Below are positions 18,392 to 28,232 of a stretch of 64,000 nucleotides of DNA, in pieces. Each line of letters opens with the position of its first letter. The stretch's first letter is position 1. Origin of the DNA: Roseibacillus sp. (GTDB lineage Bacteria > Verrucomicrobiota > Verrucomicrobiia > Verrucomicrobiales > Akkermansiaceae). The stretch is from positions 448,001 through 512,000 of the forward strand of contig JBPOGI010000001.1 in assembly GCA_051251855.1 (NCBI GenBank). The letters run 5' to 3'. A model generated the notes under the pieces. It had not been told where the DNA came from. It searched no databases and saw only the letters and a list, made by a program, of their open reading frames with translations. Both the position numbers and the translations under genes were made by a program.

Positions 18392-19819
18392 CTACAGGGG
18401 CGCTCGCTTGAGCAGTTGGCCTCTCCCGAGGGTGCCGGTGAACTGGCCGTTGCGGGCGGCGACTTGGCCGCGGACGGTGACGAGGGAGGGGCGGCCTTTG
18501 ATTTCCATTCCTTCGAAGCCGGAGTAGTCGGTGTTCATGGAGTGGGTTTCGACGGAGATGGTGCCAGTGTAGTTGGGGTCGTAGATGACGAGGTCGGCGT
18601 CGGAGCCTACTGCAATTTCTCCTTTGCAGGGGAAGAGGCCGAAGCGTTTGGCTGCATTGGTGGAGGCGGTAGCGACGAAGGTGTGGAGGTCGATTTTTCC
18701 GGTGGTGACGCCGTAGGTGTAGAGGAGGTTGACGCGTTCTTCGACGCTGGGGATGCCGTTGGGAATGAGGGTAAAGTTTGAGGATTCGCCTTTGGGCGAG
18801 AAATCGGCGGTGACGGCTTTGTTTGCGTCGGGGTGGCCCATGTGTTTCTGGGTCGCGAAGTCGAAGGGGGCGTGGTCAGTGCCAACGGTGTCGATGGTGC
18901 CGTCGGCGAGTTTTTTCCAGAGGAAGTCTTGGTGTTCTTTGGCACGGATGGGGGGCGACATCACGTATTTGGCTCCTTCGAAATCGGGCTTTTCGGCGTA
19001 GGTGCTGTCGAGGACGAGGTAGGGAATAACGGTCTCGATGGTGGCGTTGACGCCGCGTTCGCGAGCGGCGGTGATGGCTTCGACGGCGGGTTGGCAGGAG
19101 GTGTGAACAACGTAGACTTCGGCCCCAGTCATCTCGGCGAAGGTCATGAGGTGGTGGCAGCCTTCGGCTTCGACAGTGACGGGGCGGGAGGGTTCGTGCC
19201 ATTCGGGGCCGACTTTGCCTTCCGCGACGAGGGCGGCTTGGGTCTTTTCTACAAGGTCGGCGTTTTCGCAGTGAGCAGTGACCACGACTCCGAGTTCTTT
19301 AGCGAGGGTGAGGGTGGAGTAGAGTTCGGCATCGTCGATTCCGAAGGCTCCTTTGTAGGCGAGAAAGACTTTGAAAGAGGTGATGCCGTAGTCGGCGACG
19401 ATGGTGCGGAGTTGGTATTCGGCGAGGTCGTCGAAGCGGGTGACACCCATGTGAAAGGTGTAGTCGCAGGCGGAGAGACCTTCGGCTTTGGAGTTCCAGA
19501 GTTGGAAGGCTTCGAGTGGTTCTTCCGCGCGGGAGGGGCAGCACATTTCGATGAGGGTGGTGGTGCCTCCGATGAGGGCCGCCTTGCTGGCGGTCTCGTA
19601 GTTGTCTTTGGAAAAGGTTCCCATGAAGGGAAGGTAGATGTGGACGTGCGGGTCGATGAAGCCGGGGAAGATGAGTTGTCCGGTGGCGTCGATGACCTCG
19701 TCGGCTTCCATGTCGAGGTTTTCACCGATGGTGGTGATTTGTTCGTCTTCGCAAAAGATGTCGGCCTTGTAGCGCTCGGTGGCAGTGACGATTTCGCCGT
19801 TTTTGATAAGGAGGGACAT
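18392..19819 (-). CDS. hydA: Dihydropyrimidinase
   Basis: PGFIDPHVH, SFKVFLAYK, HCEN, KYVMSPPIR, GTDHAPF and IPNG motifs; pyrimidine operon context. Confidence 0.95.
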   Translation of the reverse strand: MSLLIKNGEIVTATERYKADIFCEDEQITTIGENLDMEADEVIDATGQLIFPGFIDPHVHIYLPFMGTFSKDNYETASKAALIGGTTTLIEMCCPSRAEEPLEAFQLWNSKAEGLSACDYTFHMGVTRFDDLAEYQLRTIVADYGITSFKVFLAYKGAFGIDDAELYSTLTLAKELGVVVTAHCENADLVEKTQAALVAEGKVGPEWHEPSRPVTVEAEGCHHLMTFAEMTGAEVYVVHTSCQPAVEAITAARERGVNATIETVIPYLVLDSTYAEKPDFEGAKYVMSPPIRAKEHQDFLWKKLADGTIDTVGTDHAPFDFATQKHMGHPDANKAVTADFSPKGESSNFTLIPNGIPSVEERVNLLYTYGVTTGKIDLHTFVATASTNAAKRFGLFPCKGEIAVGSDADLVIYDPNYTGTISVETHSMNTDYSGFEGMEIKGRPSLVTVRGQVAARNGQFTGTLGRGQLLKRAPL

Positions 19820-19855
19820 AGGATTCGAGATAAAGTGGGTTCGTTGGTTTAGGCC

Positions 19856-19934
19856 GCCCTTTCAGGGCTTGGGATGAATGTGGCTTGGAACCTAGGGCGA
19901 TGCCCTAGGCTGTCTTGGGTCGCCCCTTTGGGGC
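19856..19934. repeat. Tripartite REP-like palindromic repeat
   Basis: GCCCTTTCAGGGC, CCTAGGGC-GAT-GCCCTAGG and GCCCCTTTGGGGC hairpins in the intergenic gap. Confidence 0.65.
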
Positions 19935-19936
19935 TG

Positions 19937-21427
19937 TTAGTCTTTGTGCCAGATGTCGCCTTCGCCGGGGGCGAACCAGCGTTCGGTGTAGACTTTGGCG
20001 CGGGTGAAGAACATCACGGATTCGCGGCCTTGCAGGTGGAGGTCGCCGAAGAAGGAGTAGTCCCAACCTGAGAATGGGAAGTAAGCGAGGGGGGCCGGGA
20101 CGCCGACGTTGATACCGACCATACCTGCTTTCACGCGGTGGCGGAACTCGCGGGCGAGGCGTCCGCTTTGGGTGTAGATGCAGGCGCCGTTTCCGAAAGA
20201 GACTTTGCCGGCGAGCTCAAGGGCTTGGTCGAGGTCGTCCATGCGCATCACGTTGAGGACAGGGCCGAAGACTTCTTCGCGGAAGATGGTCATCTCAGTG
20301 GTCACTTTGTCGACGACGGAAGCGCCCATGTAGAAGCCGCCGGGGTGGTCGGCGACTTGGGCGTTACGGCCATCGACAAGGAGGTCGCAGCCTTCGTCGA
20401 CTGCTGATTGAATGAGGCCGGAGACGCGGTCGCGATGTTGGGGGGTGATGACACCGCCGAGTTTGGCGTCTTTGGAAAGGTGGGTGGGACCGACTTCGAG
20501 GGCGGCAGCGGAGTCGACGATGGCAGGGATGAATCGTTCAGAGGCTTCGCCTACGGTGACGGCGGTGGAGCCTGCCATGCAGCGTTGGCCCGAGCATCCG
20601 AAGGCGGCGTCGGTGAGTCCTTCGACGGCTTTGCCAAAGTCGGCGTCGGGCATGACCACGACGAAGTTTTTGGCTCCACCGGCGGCTTGCACGCGCTTGC
20701 CATTGGCGGTTCCGGTTTTGTGAATGTATTCGGCGACGGGAGAGCTTCCGACGAAGGAGATGGCTGCGACTCCGGGGTGTTCTAAGAGAGCGTCGACGCA
20801 ATCTTTGCCTCCATGGACCACGGAGAAGACGCCGGGAGGAAGGCCCGCTTCTTCTAACAGTTCGATGAGTCGAATGCCGGTGAGGGGGACTTTTTCGCTG
20901 GGCTTGAGGATGAAGCAGTTTCCGCAGGCGAGGGCCATGGGATACATCCACATCGGGACGAGGGCGGGAAAGTTGTAAGGGCAGATGCCGACGCAGACGC
21001 CGATGGGCTGGCGCACCATGGAGCAGTCGATGCCGGGGGCGATGTTTTCTAACACTTCGCCTTTAAGCATGTCGGTGATGCCACAGGCGTATTCCGCGAC
21101 TTCGATACCACGGCGAAGGTCGCCTCGGGCTTCGGTCATGGTTTTGCCGTGCTCGACCACAATCATGGCAGCGAGTTCTTCGAAATTTTCTTCTAATAGT
21201 GCACAATAGCGCATCATCACGCGCACTCGCATCACGGGAGGAGTTTGCCACCAGCCTTCGAAGGCCGCGGTGGCAGCGGCGACGGCGTCATCGACGACAT
21301 CGGCTCCGCACATGGGAACGTTGGCGATGACTTCTCCGGTGGAAGGGTTGTGTACAGGGGCGGTTTCGGCGGTCTCGGGAACGGACCAGGTCCCGTTGAT
21401 CAGGATGGGGCAGGGTGTGAGTGACAT
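19937..21427 (-). CDS. mmsA: CoA-acylating (methyl)malonate-semialdehyde dehydrogenase
   Basis: PYNFP, LKPSEK, ISFVGS, GGAKNF, GQRCMA, EEVFGPV and GINVGVPAP. Confidence 0.93.
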   Translation of the reverse strand: MSLTPCPILINGTWSVPETAETAPVHNPSTGEVIANVPMCGADVVDDAVAAATAAFEGWWQTPPVMRVRVMMRYCALLEENFEELAAMIVVEHGKTMTEARGDLRRGIEVAEYACGITDMLKGEVLENIAPGIDCSMVRQPIGVCVGICPYNFPALVPMWMYPMALACGNCFILKPSEKVPLTGIRLIELLEEAGLPPGVFSVVHGGKDCVDALLEHPGVAAISFVGSSPVAEYIHKTGTANGKRVQAAGGAKNFVVVMPDADFGKAVEGLTDAAFGCSGQRCMAGSTAVTVGEASERFIPAIVDSAAALEVGPTHLSKDAKLGGVITPQHRDRVSGLIQSAVDEGCDLLVDGRNAQVADHPGGFYMGASVVDKVTTEMTIFREEVFGPVLNVMRMDDLDQALELAGKVSFGNGACIYTQSGRLAREFRHRVKAGMVGINVGVPAPLAYFPFSGWDYSFFGDLHLQGRESVMFFTRAKVYTERWFAPGEGDIWHKD

Positions 21428-21444
21428 GAGTATTTTCTAGAAGC

Positions 21445-22767
21445 TTAATGGTGAGGAGGAATGGCGGGAATGGTTCCGGCGGCGAGTCCGGTTTGGTATT
21501 CTGACCAAGTCATGGGGGCTTTGCCGGTATCGACTTCCTCCATGGTGATGCAGTCCTCGACTGGGCAGACGAGGGAGCAGAGATTACAGCCGACGCAGTC
21601 TTCTTCGCGAACCTTGGGAACATCTTTGCCGGGGAGACGACCTGGTCCCAGACCGACGCCGAGTTCGGCTGGACTCTTTAGGTCGATGCACTGGTGGGCG
21701 CCGTCTTCGCAGGCGATGTGGCAGAGGTTGCAGCCGATGCATTTATCGTAGTCGATGCGAGCGACGCGGGCGTAGTTGAGATTGAGGTTTTCCCAGCGTT
21801 TGATGCTGGGGAGGGCGCGGCCACGGAGTTCTTCCAAGGACTTCATGCCCTTGGAATCGAGGTAGTCCGAGAGTCCTTCCGTCATCTCGTTAACGATACG
21901 AAATCCCTTGTGCATGACGGCGGTGCAGACTTGGACTGAAGTGGCGCCGAGGGCGATGAATTCGGCGGCGTCTCGCCAAGTGTTGATTCCACCGATGCCG
22001 GAAATGGGGAAATCGCGTCCAATTTGAGAATCATTGGCGATGGTTTCGACCATGTTTAAAGCGATGGGCTTAACCGCGGGTCCGCAGTAGCCGGCGTGGC
22101 TGCTGAAGTTGTCGACATAGGGCTCGGGGCAAAAGCTGTCCAAGTTGACTTGGCTGATAGAATTGATGGTGTTGATCAGGGAAACGGCATCGGCCCCTCC
22201 TCTGACCGCGGCGCGTCCGGGGAGGGCGACATCGGTGATGTTGGGAGTGAGTTTGATGATGACGGGAATCTTAGCCACCTCCTTGCACCAGCCCGTGATG
22301 GCCTCGATGACGTCTGGGTTTTGGCCGACGGCGGATCCCATGCCGCGCTCGCACATGCCGTGGGGGCAGCCAAAATTACATTCGATGGCATCGGCGCCCG
22401 CGTCTTCCGAACGTTTGATGAATTCGTGCCATTGTTCACGAGTTTCGACCATGAGGGAGGCGACGACCACGCGGTCCGGCCAGCGGTCTTTGACCTCGCG
22501 GATCTCGCGAAAGTTAGTTTCTGGCGAGCGGTCACTAATGAGTTCGATATTATTGAACCCGACGATTTTTTGACCATTGAGATGAAGCGCGGAGTAGCGT
22601 GAAGATTGGTTGACGATGGGTTCGCCGATTGTTTTCCAAACGACACCGCCCCAGCCTGCTTCGAATGCGCGGTGGCACTGGTGGGCGGAGTTTCCAGGAG
22701 GGCCCGAGCCGATCCAGAAGGGGTTGGGGGATTTAACGCCCGCGAAATTGATAGATAAGTCTGCCAT
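21445..22767 (-). CDS. preA: NAD-dependent dihydropyrimidine dehydrogenase subunit PreA
   Basis: NFGCPHGMCERGMGSAVGQ, KLTPN, INTINS and two C-terminal 4Fe-4S ferredoxin motifs. Confidence 0.96.
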   Translation of the reverse strand: MADLSINFAGVKSPNPFWIGSGPPGNSAHQCHRAFEAGWGGVVWKTIGEPIVNQSSRYSALHLNGQKIVGFNNIELISDRSPETNFREIREVKDRWPDRVVVASLMVETREQWHEFIKRSEDAGADAIECNFGCPHGMCERGMGSAVGQNPDVIEAITGWCKEVAKIPVIIKLTPNITDVALPGRAAVRGGADAVSLINTINSISQVNLDSFCPEPYVDNFSSHAGYCGPAVKPIALNMVETIANDSQIGRDFPISGIGGINTWRDAAEFIALGATSVQVCTAVMHKGFRIVNEMTEGLSDYLDSKGMKSLEELRGRALPSIKRWENLNLNYARVARIDYDKCIGCNLCHIACEDGAHQCIDLKSPAELGVGLGPGRLPGKDVPKVREEDCVGCNLCSLVCPVEDCITMEEVDTGKAPMTWSEYQTGLAAGTIPAIPPHH

Positions 22768-22784
22768 GGTTTGAGTGGGTGAGA

Positions 22785-24200
22785 TTAGCCCGTGACGCGG
22801 ATGGGATTGTTGAAGCCTGAGCCATGTGCGGGAGTGAGGCCGTAGCGGGTTGTTTGAGTGGGAGGGGAGGATTCTTCCCCGGTGAAAAGAGTGTGGAGGT
22901 GGAGTGCAGCGCGTTTGCCCTCGGCTACGGCATTGACCACTTCGGCCCCTCCATTTGCGGCGTCGCCTCCGGCGTAGATGCCCGGGACGGAGGTTTCTTG
23001 AGTCTCGGGATTGACGGTGATTTTTCCGCCTGCTCCAAAGTCAAGGTCGGGAAGCCAGTCGCTGAGGAGAGATTGCATCTTGTTTTGGCCGAGGGCCTTG
23101 ATGACAAAGTCAGTGGGCTGGGTGAATTCACTGTCTGCGATGGGGGCGGCGTTCTCGTCAGTGCGAACGAGGCGAATCCCGCTGACGTGACCATCGGTCG
23201 ATTCGATGGCAACGGGGCTAACGTTGAAGGTGAATTCGCAGCGCTCGGATTTGGCGAGGGCGTATTCAAAGCGATAGGCGGACATGGCGTCTTCGCCTCT
23301 TCGATAGAGGACGGTCGCTTCTTCGGCACCGAGGCGTTTTGATTGCGAAACGGCGTCGATGGCGGTGTTGCCGCAGCCGAGAACGACGACCTGTTTGCCC
23401 ATGGCTACCTCTTCAAGAGGCTTGGTGTGAATTTCGTCAATGAAGTCAATGGCATCGACCACTTCGGGGAGATCCTCTCCTGGAATATTGAGCTGTCTGC
23501 CTTCGCCCAGTCCGAGGCCAAGGAAAACGGCGTCGTATTCGGATTGAAGCTCGGCGAGGGTGACATCTTTCCCGACCTCGACTCCGCAGCGGAATTCGAC
23601 GCCGAGGTCTTTAATCATTTCGATTTCACTGAGGCTGACCTCAGGCTTCATCTTGTAGTAAGCGATGCCGTAGGTATTGAGTCCACCGGCATGTTCTCGG
23701 CGTTCGTAGATGACGGCGTCGTGTCCTTGTTGGACGAGTTCGGCAGCGCAGCCCAAGCTGGCTGGGCCACCGCCGACGAGGGCGACTTTCTTACCTGATT
23801 TTTGGGTAGGGACTGAGAGAACTTGTTCACCGGTGGCGAGAACAGCATCGGTGGAATACCGTTGTAAGCGGCCAATATCGATGGGCTTTTGATCGCGATC
23901 CTCGAGGACACAGGCACCTTCGCAGAGGACTTTGGTGGGGCAGACGCGGGCGCAGGAATTTCCGAGAATATTTGACTGAAGGATGGTGCGAGCTGAGCCC
24001 TTCACCTGGTCATAGGCGATTTTTTTGATGAAGGAGGGGATGTCGATCCCTGTGGGGCAGGCTTTGATGCACGGGGCATCGTAGCAGTAGAGACAACGGT
24101 TCGCTTCGTTGAGTGCCTGCTGTTTATCGTAGGCGGGTTTGAGCTCGCACATGGAGAGATCGAGTTCCGCTTTTTTGAGGAGAGGCTTGAGGTCAGACAT
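22785..24200 (-). CDS. preT: Dihydropyrimidine dehydrogenase subunit PreT (GltD-like)
   Basis: EANRCLYCYDAPCIKACP, CARVCP, GGGPA and GCGNTAID; adjacent to preA. Confidence 0.93.
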   Translation of the reverse strand: MSDLKPLLKKAELDLSMCELKPAYDKQQALNEANRCLYCYDAPCIKACPTGIDIPSFIKKIAYDQVKGSARTILQSNILGNSCARVCPTKVLCEGACVLEDRDQKPIDIGRLQRYSTDAVLATGEQVLSVPTQKSGKKVALVGGGPASLGCAAELVQQGHDAVIYERREHAGGLNTYGIAYYKMKPEVSLSEIEMIKDLGVEFRCGVEVGKDVTLAELQSEYDAVFLGLGLGEGRQLNIPGEDLPEVVDAIDFIDEIHTKPLEEVAMGKQVVVLGCGNTAIDAVSQSKRLGAEEATVLYRRGEDAMSAYRFEYALAKSERCEFTFNVSPVAIESTDGHVSGIRLVRTDENAAPIADSEFTQPTDFVIKALGQNKMQSLLSDWLPDLDFGAGGKITVNPETQETSVPGIYAGGDAANGGAEVVNAVAEGKRAALHLHTLFTGEESSPPTQTTRYGLTPAHGSGFNNPIRVTG

Positions 24201-24220
24201 GGCTTGATGAGAGGTAGGAG

Positions 24221-25552
24221 TTAGACGGAGGCCAGGGCTTCATCGATAACGGAGACCATGAAGTCGGCGTCTTCCATGGTGAGGCACATGGGAGGTTTGA
24301 TGCGGATGACGTTGCCAAAGAGTCCGCCTTTTCCGAGGAGAAGGCCAAGGTCGCGGCACTTGTTCCAGACCGCCGCGCATTCGGCAGTGGCGGGAGTTTT
24401 GGTGTCGCGGTCGGTAACGAGTTCGATGCCGAGCATGAGGCCTTGGCCGCGCACTTGGCCGATGAGAGAGTGTTTTTCGGCGAGTGCCTCTAGTTTCTCG
24501 ATGAGGTGGCCGCCAATTTTAGCGCTATTGGCTTGTAAGCCATCGTTGTCGATGGCCTCGATGACGGCACGGCCGACGCGGGAGATGAGGGGGTTGCCAC
24601 CGTAGGTGTTGAAGTGGATGTGGGACTTGAGGGAGGCGGCGATTTCGGGAGTGGTGACGACGGCGGCGAGAGGGAAGCCGTTTCCGATTCCTTTAGCCAT
24701 GACCACGATGTCGGGGACCACGCCTTGGCTTTCGAAGCCCCAATAGTGGGTGCCGGTGCGGCCGAAGCCGGATTGAACTTCATCGGCGATGCAAAGACCT
24801 CCGTGGCTACGAACGATGTCGTATGTTTGAGAGAGGTATCCTTCGGGGAAGACGACGGCACCGCCAACACCTTGAATAGACTCCGCGATGAAGCCGGCGA
24901 CTTGACCGGGAGTGGCAAACTCGATGAGCTGCTTGACGTCGTTGGCGTAGTCGGTGGCTTGGTCTTCGTGGCTGGCAAAAGGGCCCCGATAAGGATCGGG
25001 GTTGAGAGCGTGATGAATGCCGAATCCTTGAGGGGTGTTATACTTCCAAGTGCCATGAGCAGTCAGCCCCATGGTGGATTGCGAGCCGCCGTGGTAGCAG
25101 TTGCGCAGGGCGATCATGTCGTAATTGCCGGTGTGAAGGCGGGCCATCAGGAGCGCGAGGTCGTTGGCTTCCGAACCCGAATTGACGAAGTAGCAAACCG
25201 AAAGGTCGCCGGGTAACTTGTCGGCAAGGGCTTTGCCATAAAGGGCAACTTCTTGGTTGGCGTAGATGGTTGTGGTGTGGACGAGGGTGTCTAACTGCTC
25301 GTGGGCTGCCGATAGAATTTCGGGGTGAGAGTGACCGCAACTCACCGTGACGATGCCTCCGAAGGCATCGAGGTAGCGGCGCCCGGTTTCATCGAAAACA
25401 TACTGCATTTTACCCTCCACGATCATGAGGGGCTTTTCGTAGTAGGTGATGAGAGCAGGAGTGAGATGCTCCTCACGGAGACTCATCACTTCATCGAGAG
25501 AGAGTCCGGTGTAAGGTTTGGGGCTGTGGTCGAAGGAAGGAAGTTCAGGCAC
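24221..25552 (-). CDS. Class III PLP aminotransferase, AGXT2/PYD4-like (probable beta-alanine aminotransferase)
   Basis: [31 protein letters not shown] and HFNTYGGNP; operon context. Confidence 0.88.
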   Translation of the reverse strand: MPELPSFDHSPKPYTGLSLDEVMSLREEHLTPALITYYEKPLMIVEGKMQYVFDETGRRYLDAFGGIVTVSCGHSHPEILSAAHEQLDTLVHTTTIYANQEVALYGKALADKLPGDLSVCYFVNSGSEANDLALLMARLHTGNYDMIALRNCYHGGSQSTMGLTAHGTWKYNTPQGFGIHHALNPDPYRGPFASHEDQATDYANDVKQLIEFATPGQVAGFIAESIQGVGGAVVFPEGYLSQTYDIVRSHGGLCIADEVQSGFGRTGTHYWGFESQGVVPDIVVMAKGIGNGFPLAAVVTTPEIAASLKSHIHFNTYGGNPLISRVGRAVIEAIDNDGLQANSAKIGGHLIEKLEALAEKHSLIGQVRGQGLMLGIELVTDRDTKTPATAECAAVWNKCRDLGLLLGKGGLFGNVIRIKPPMCLTMEDADFMVSVIDEALASV

Positions 25553-25582
25553 GGGAAATAAAGTTGGAAGCTGAGAAATAGA

Positions 25583-26452
25583 CTAAGGGCGGGTGAGGTC
25601 GCCGTAGCTATCGGGACGGCGGTCGCGGAAGAACTGCCAAGTGTCGCGCACTTCCTTGATTTCATCGAGATCGAGGTCGGCGACGATGAGTTCGTCTTGG
25701 TCGCGGGAAGCTTCGGCGATGAGTTGGCCTTTGGGATTGCAGAAGTAGGATTGGCCGTAGAACTCGCCGATGCCCCAGGGTTGTTCGGTGCCGACACGGT
25801 TGATGGCTCCAATGAAATAGCCGTTGGCAACGCAGTGGGCAGGCTGCTCGAGTTTCCAAAGATATTCGCTGAGCCCCGCGACAGTGGCGGAGGGGTTGAA
25901 GACGATTTCGGCTCCGTTGAGAGCAAGCGCACGGGCTCCTTCGGGGAAGTGGCGGTCGTAGCAGATGTAGACGCCGATGGTGCCGACCTTGGTTTTGAAA
26001 ACGGGATAGCCCATGTTGCCGGGGCGGAAGTAGAATTTTTCCCAAAAGCCAGGGTGGCAGTGAGGGATGTGATTTTTGCGGTATTTGCCAAGGTAAGTTC
26101 CATCGGCATCAATCACGGAGGCAGTGTTGTAATAGATGCCTTCGACCTCGACCTCATAGATAGGGACGATGAGGACCATCTGATGTTTGGCGGCGAGTTC
26201 ACACATCAGTTGAGTGGTGGGACCATCGGGAATTTGCTCGGTGATGTCGTACCAGCGTGGCTCTTGCTCGGCGCAGAAGTAGGGACCGTAAAAGAGTTCT
26301 TGGAGGCAGAGAACTTGCACTCCTTGTTCAGCGGCCTGCTCGATCATAGCGACATGCTTTTCGATCATCGCATCGCGAATGGTGGAAGGATCTTCGGTTC
26401 CAGAATGGGTGGTGGAGGCTTGGATGAGGCCGGCTTTGACAATGCGAGACAT
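25583..26452 (-). CDS. Nitrilase-family beta-ureidopropionase (beta-alanine synthase)
   Basis: Glu-Lys-Cys triad motifs LQELF, YRKNHIP and ICYDRHFPE; FWEKFYF. Start at MSRIVKAG. Confidence 0.92.
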   Translation of the reverse strand: MSRIVKAGLIQASTTHSGTEDPSTIRDAMIEKHVAMIEQAAEQGVQVLCLQELFYGPYFCAEQEPRWYDITEQIPDGPTTQLMCELAAKHQMVLIVPIYEVEVEGIYYNTASVIDADGTYLGKYRKNHIPHCHPGFWEKFYFRPGNMGYPVFKTKVGTIGVYICYDRHFPEGARALALNGAEIVFNPSATVAGLSEYLWKLEQPAHCVANGYFIGAINRVGTEQPWGIGEFYGQSYFCNPKGQLIAEASRDQDELIVADLDLDEIKEVRDTWQFFRDRRPDSYGDLTRP

Positions 26453-26471
26453 GATGAATTCGGGGAGTTTT

Positions 26472-27857
26472 CTAGTGTTTGGAGAAGGCGTCGATACCGC
26501 GTTCTGCGGAGGTGCCAGGAATGGTGTTATCCAGAATGAGAGCAAGGAACGCGCCAACTGCCATGCCAGAAGATCCGATTGTGGTTAAAATAGCAGCAAG
26601 CCATTGCAGCGACGAGGGAAAAAGGCTCAAAATCATTTCGGCATTCGGTCCAACGTATTCCGGGAGAGAAAGTCCTGCGAAGAGGGCGAATCCGATAATG
26701 AAAAGGTTGCGTGGTGAATTAAGGTCGACAAATTGGAGGTTGGAGAGGCCGACTCCGGTGACCATGGCGAACATTACGCAGTACATTCCACCCACGATGG
26801 GTGACGGAATGGAGGTGAAGAGGGCCCCGAATTTTCCGAAAATCGCGAGCACGAGCATGAGGACGGCTGCCGTCTGGATGACGCGGCGGCTTCCGACACG
26901 GGTGAGACCGATAGCGCCAATATTTTCGGAGTAAGAAGTGGTTCCGTTTCCGGTTCCGAAGATGCCGGCGATGAGGCAGCCGATGCCTTCGAAGCCGATT
27001 CCGCGATTGACGGTTTTGGCGTCAGGAACGGGTGCCTTTGACATCCGCGCAGCGGCGTAGTAGTCGCCAGTGGATTCGATCATGCTGGCGATGTAACCGG
27101 CAAGCATTCCGATGATGGCCGCGGCCCCGAAGGCGGGCATTCCCCATTGGAAAGGAGTGGGAATTCGAAACCAAGGCGCTTCCTTGACGGTGTCGAAGCT
27201 GACGTAGGCGGCGTGTTTGGCATCAAAGAGTTCCGTCCAAGTGCAAATGGTGGCCACGAGCCAAGCGAGGACTAAACCGAGGAGGATAGGGAAGAGGTTG
27301 AAGAGTTGGCGGGCTGATTTGAGGTATTGGCTGAAGAGAATGAGAAGAAGGATGGTGAGGCCCCCAATTCCCCAATGCTGGCCTGCCAGAGGAGCTCCAA
27401 ATTTGAAAAGAGCGAGTCCAATGAGCGCGATGGTGGGTGCGATGGTGACTGGAGTGATAAACTTAAGAGTTTTTCCCATCAAGCCACTGAACCCAATCGC
27501 CATTTCGAAAAAGGCTCCCGCGATGACGGCTCCTTGCACGTGACGCATGCGCATTTCGAAGCCGGCGTCGGCGAGGGATGCCATGCCGCAAATCGCGATA
27601 GCGGGGCCGAGAAAGGAGAAGGTGCCGCCTTGAATGATAGGTAGGCGGGAGCCGAAAGTGGTCTGGAGGAGAGTGCAGATTCCGCTCACCAGAAACATGG
27701 TGCTGATGAGGAGGGCGAGTTCGGCGTTCGAAGCTCCGAGGTGAGATTGCAGCAGGAGGGGAATGGCTACCGTAGAGCCAAACATGGTCAGATAATGCTG
27801 GAAGCCCAGGAGGAGAGACGTTCCGAGAGGGGGCTTGTCTTCAATGGTATACAGCAT
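26472..27857 (-). CDS. NCS2/NAT nucleobase permease (probable uracil/pyrimidine uptake)
   Basis: QH motif (FQHYLTMF) and NAT signature ENIGAIGLTRVGSR; first gene of the operon. Confidence 0.9.
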   Translation of the reverse strand: MLYTIEDKPPLGTSLLLGFQHYLTMFGSTVAIPLLLQSHLGASNAELALLISTMFLVSGICTLLQTTFGSRLPIIQGGTFSFLGPAIAICGMASLADAGFEMRMRHVQGAVIAGAFFEMAIGFSGLMGKTLKFITPVTIAPTIALIGLALFKFGAPLAGQHWGIGGLTILLLILFSQYLKSARQLFNLFPILLGLVLAWLVATICTWTELFDAKHAAYVSFDTVKEAPWFRIPTPFQWGMPAFGAAAIIGMLAGYIASMIESTGDYYAAARMSKAPVPDAKTVNRGIGFEGIGCLIAGIFGTGNGTTSYSENIGAIGLTRVGSRRVIQTAAVLMLVLAIFGKFGALFTSIPSPIVGGMYCVMFAMVTGVGLSNLQFVDLNSPRNLFIIGFALFAGLSLPEYVGPNAEMILSLFPSSLQWLAAILTTIGSSGMAVGAFLALILDNTIPGTSAERGIDAFSKH

Positions 27858-27931
27858 GGCAAACCTGCTTGTTAGCAGATTGAGAGCCAATGTGGGAGCG
27901 GGAAAAGCGAGCTAGGGAATCGTGAGTTGGT

Positions 27932-28180
27932 TTACTCTGGGAGAGTGGGAAGGAGGGCGAGGAGCATTTGGTAGCGCTCGAGATTGAAAGGCCTCTTTTC
28001 GCTGGTCATTTTTTCGATTTCGTCGGCGAGGCAGAAAGCGAGCATGTATTTGGCTTCCGGCTCGTCGATATCCTCTTCGGCAAGAAGGCCCTCGTAGGTT
28101 GATTGGACGAAAGGAGTTTGAGGGGAAGCCAATTGCTCCTCAATGGCAGGCAGGAGCGCGAGGATTTCGGGATCGTCCAT
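27932..28180 (-). CDS. Small hypothetical protein
   Basis: 82-aa acidic helical ORF with typical minus-strand codon usage. Confidence 0.65.
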   Translation of the reverse strand: MDDPEILALLPAIEEQLASPQTPFVQSTYEGLLAEEDIDEPEAKYMLAFCLADEIEKMTSEKRPFNLERYQMLLALLPTLPE

Positions 28181-28232
28181 GATTTAGTCTGTGTTGAATT
28201 GCGATTCATCGCCCGATGGCTGGGTGATGGTC

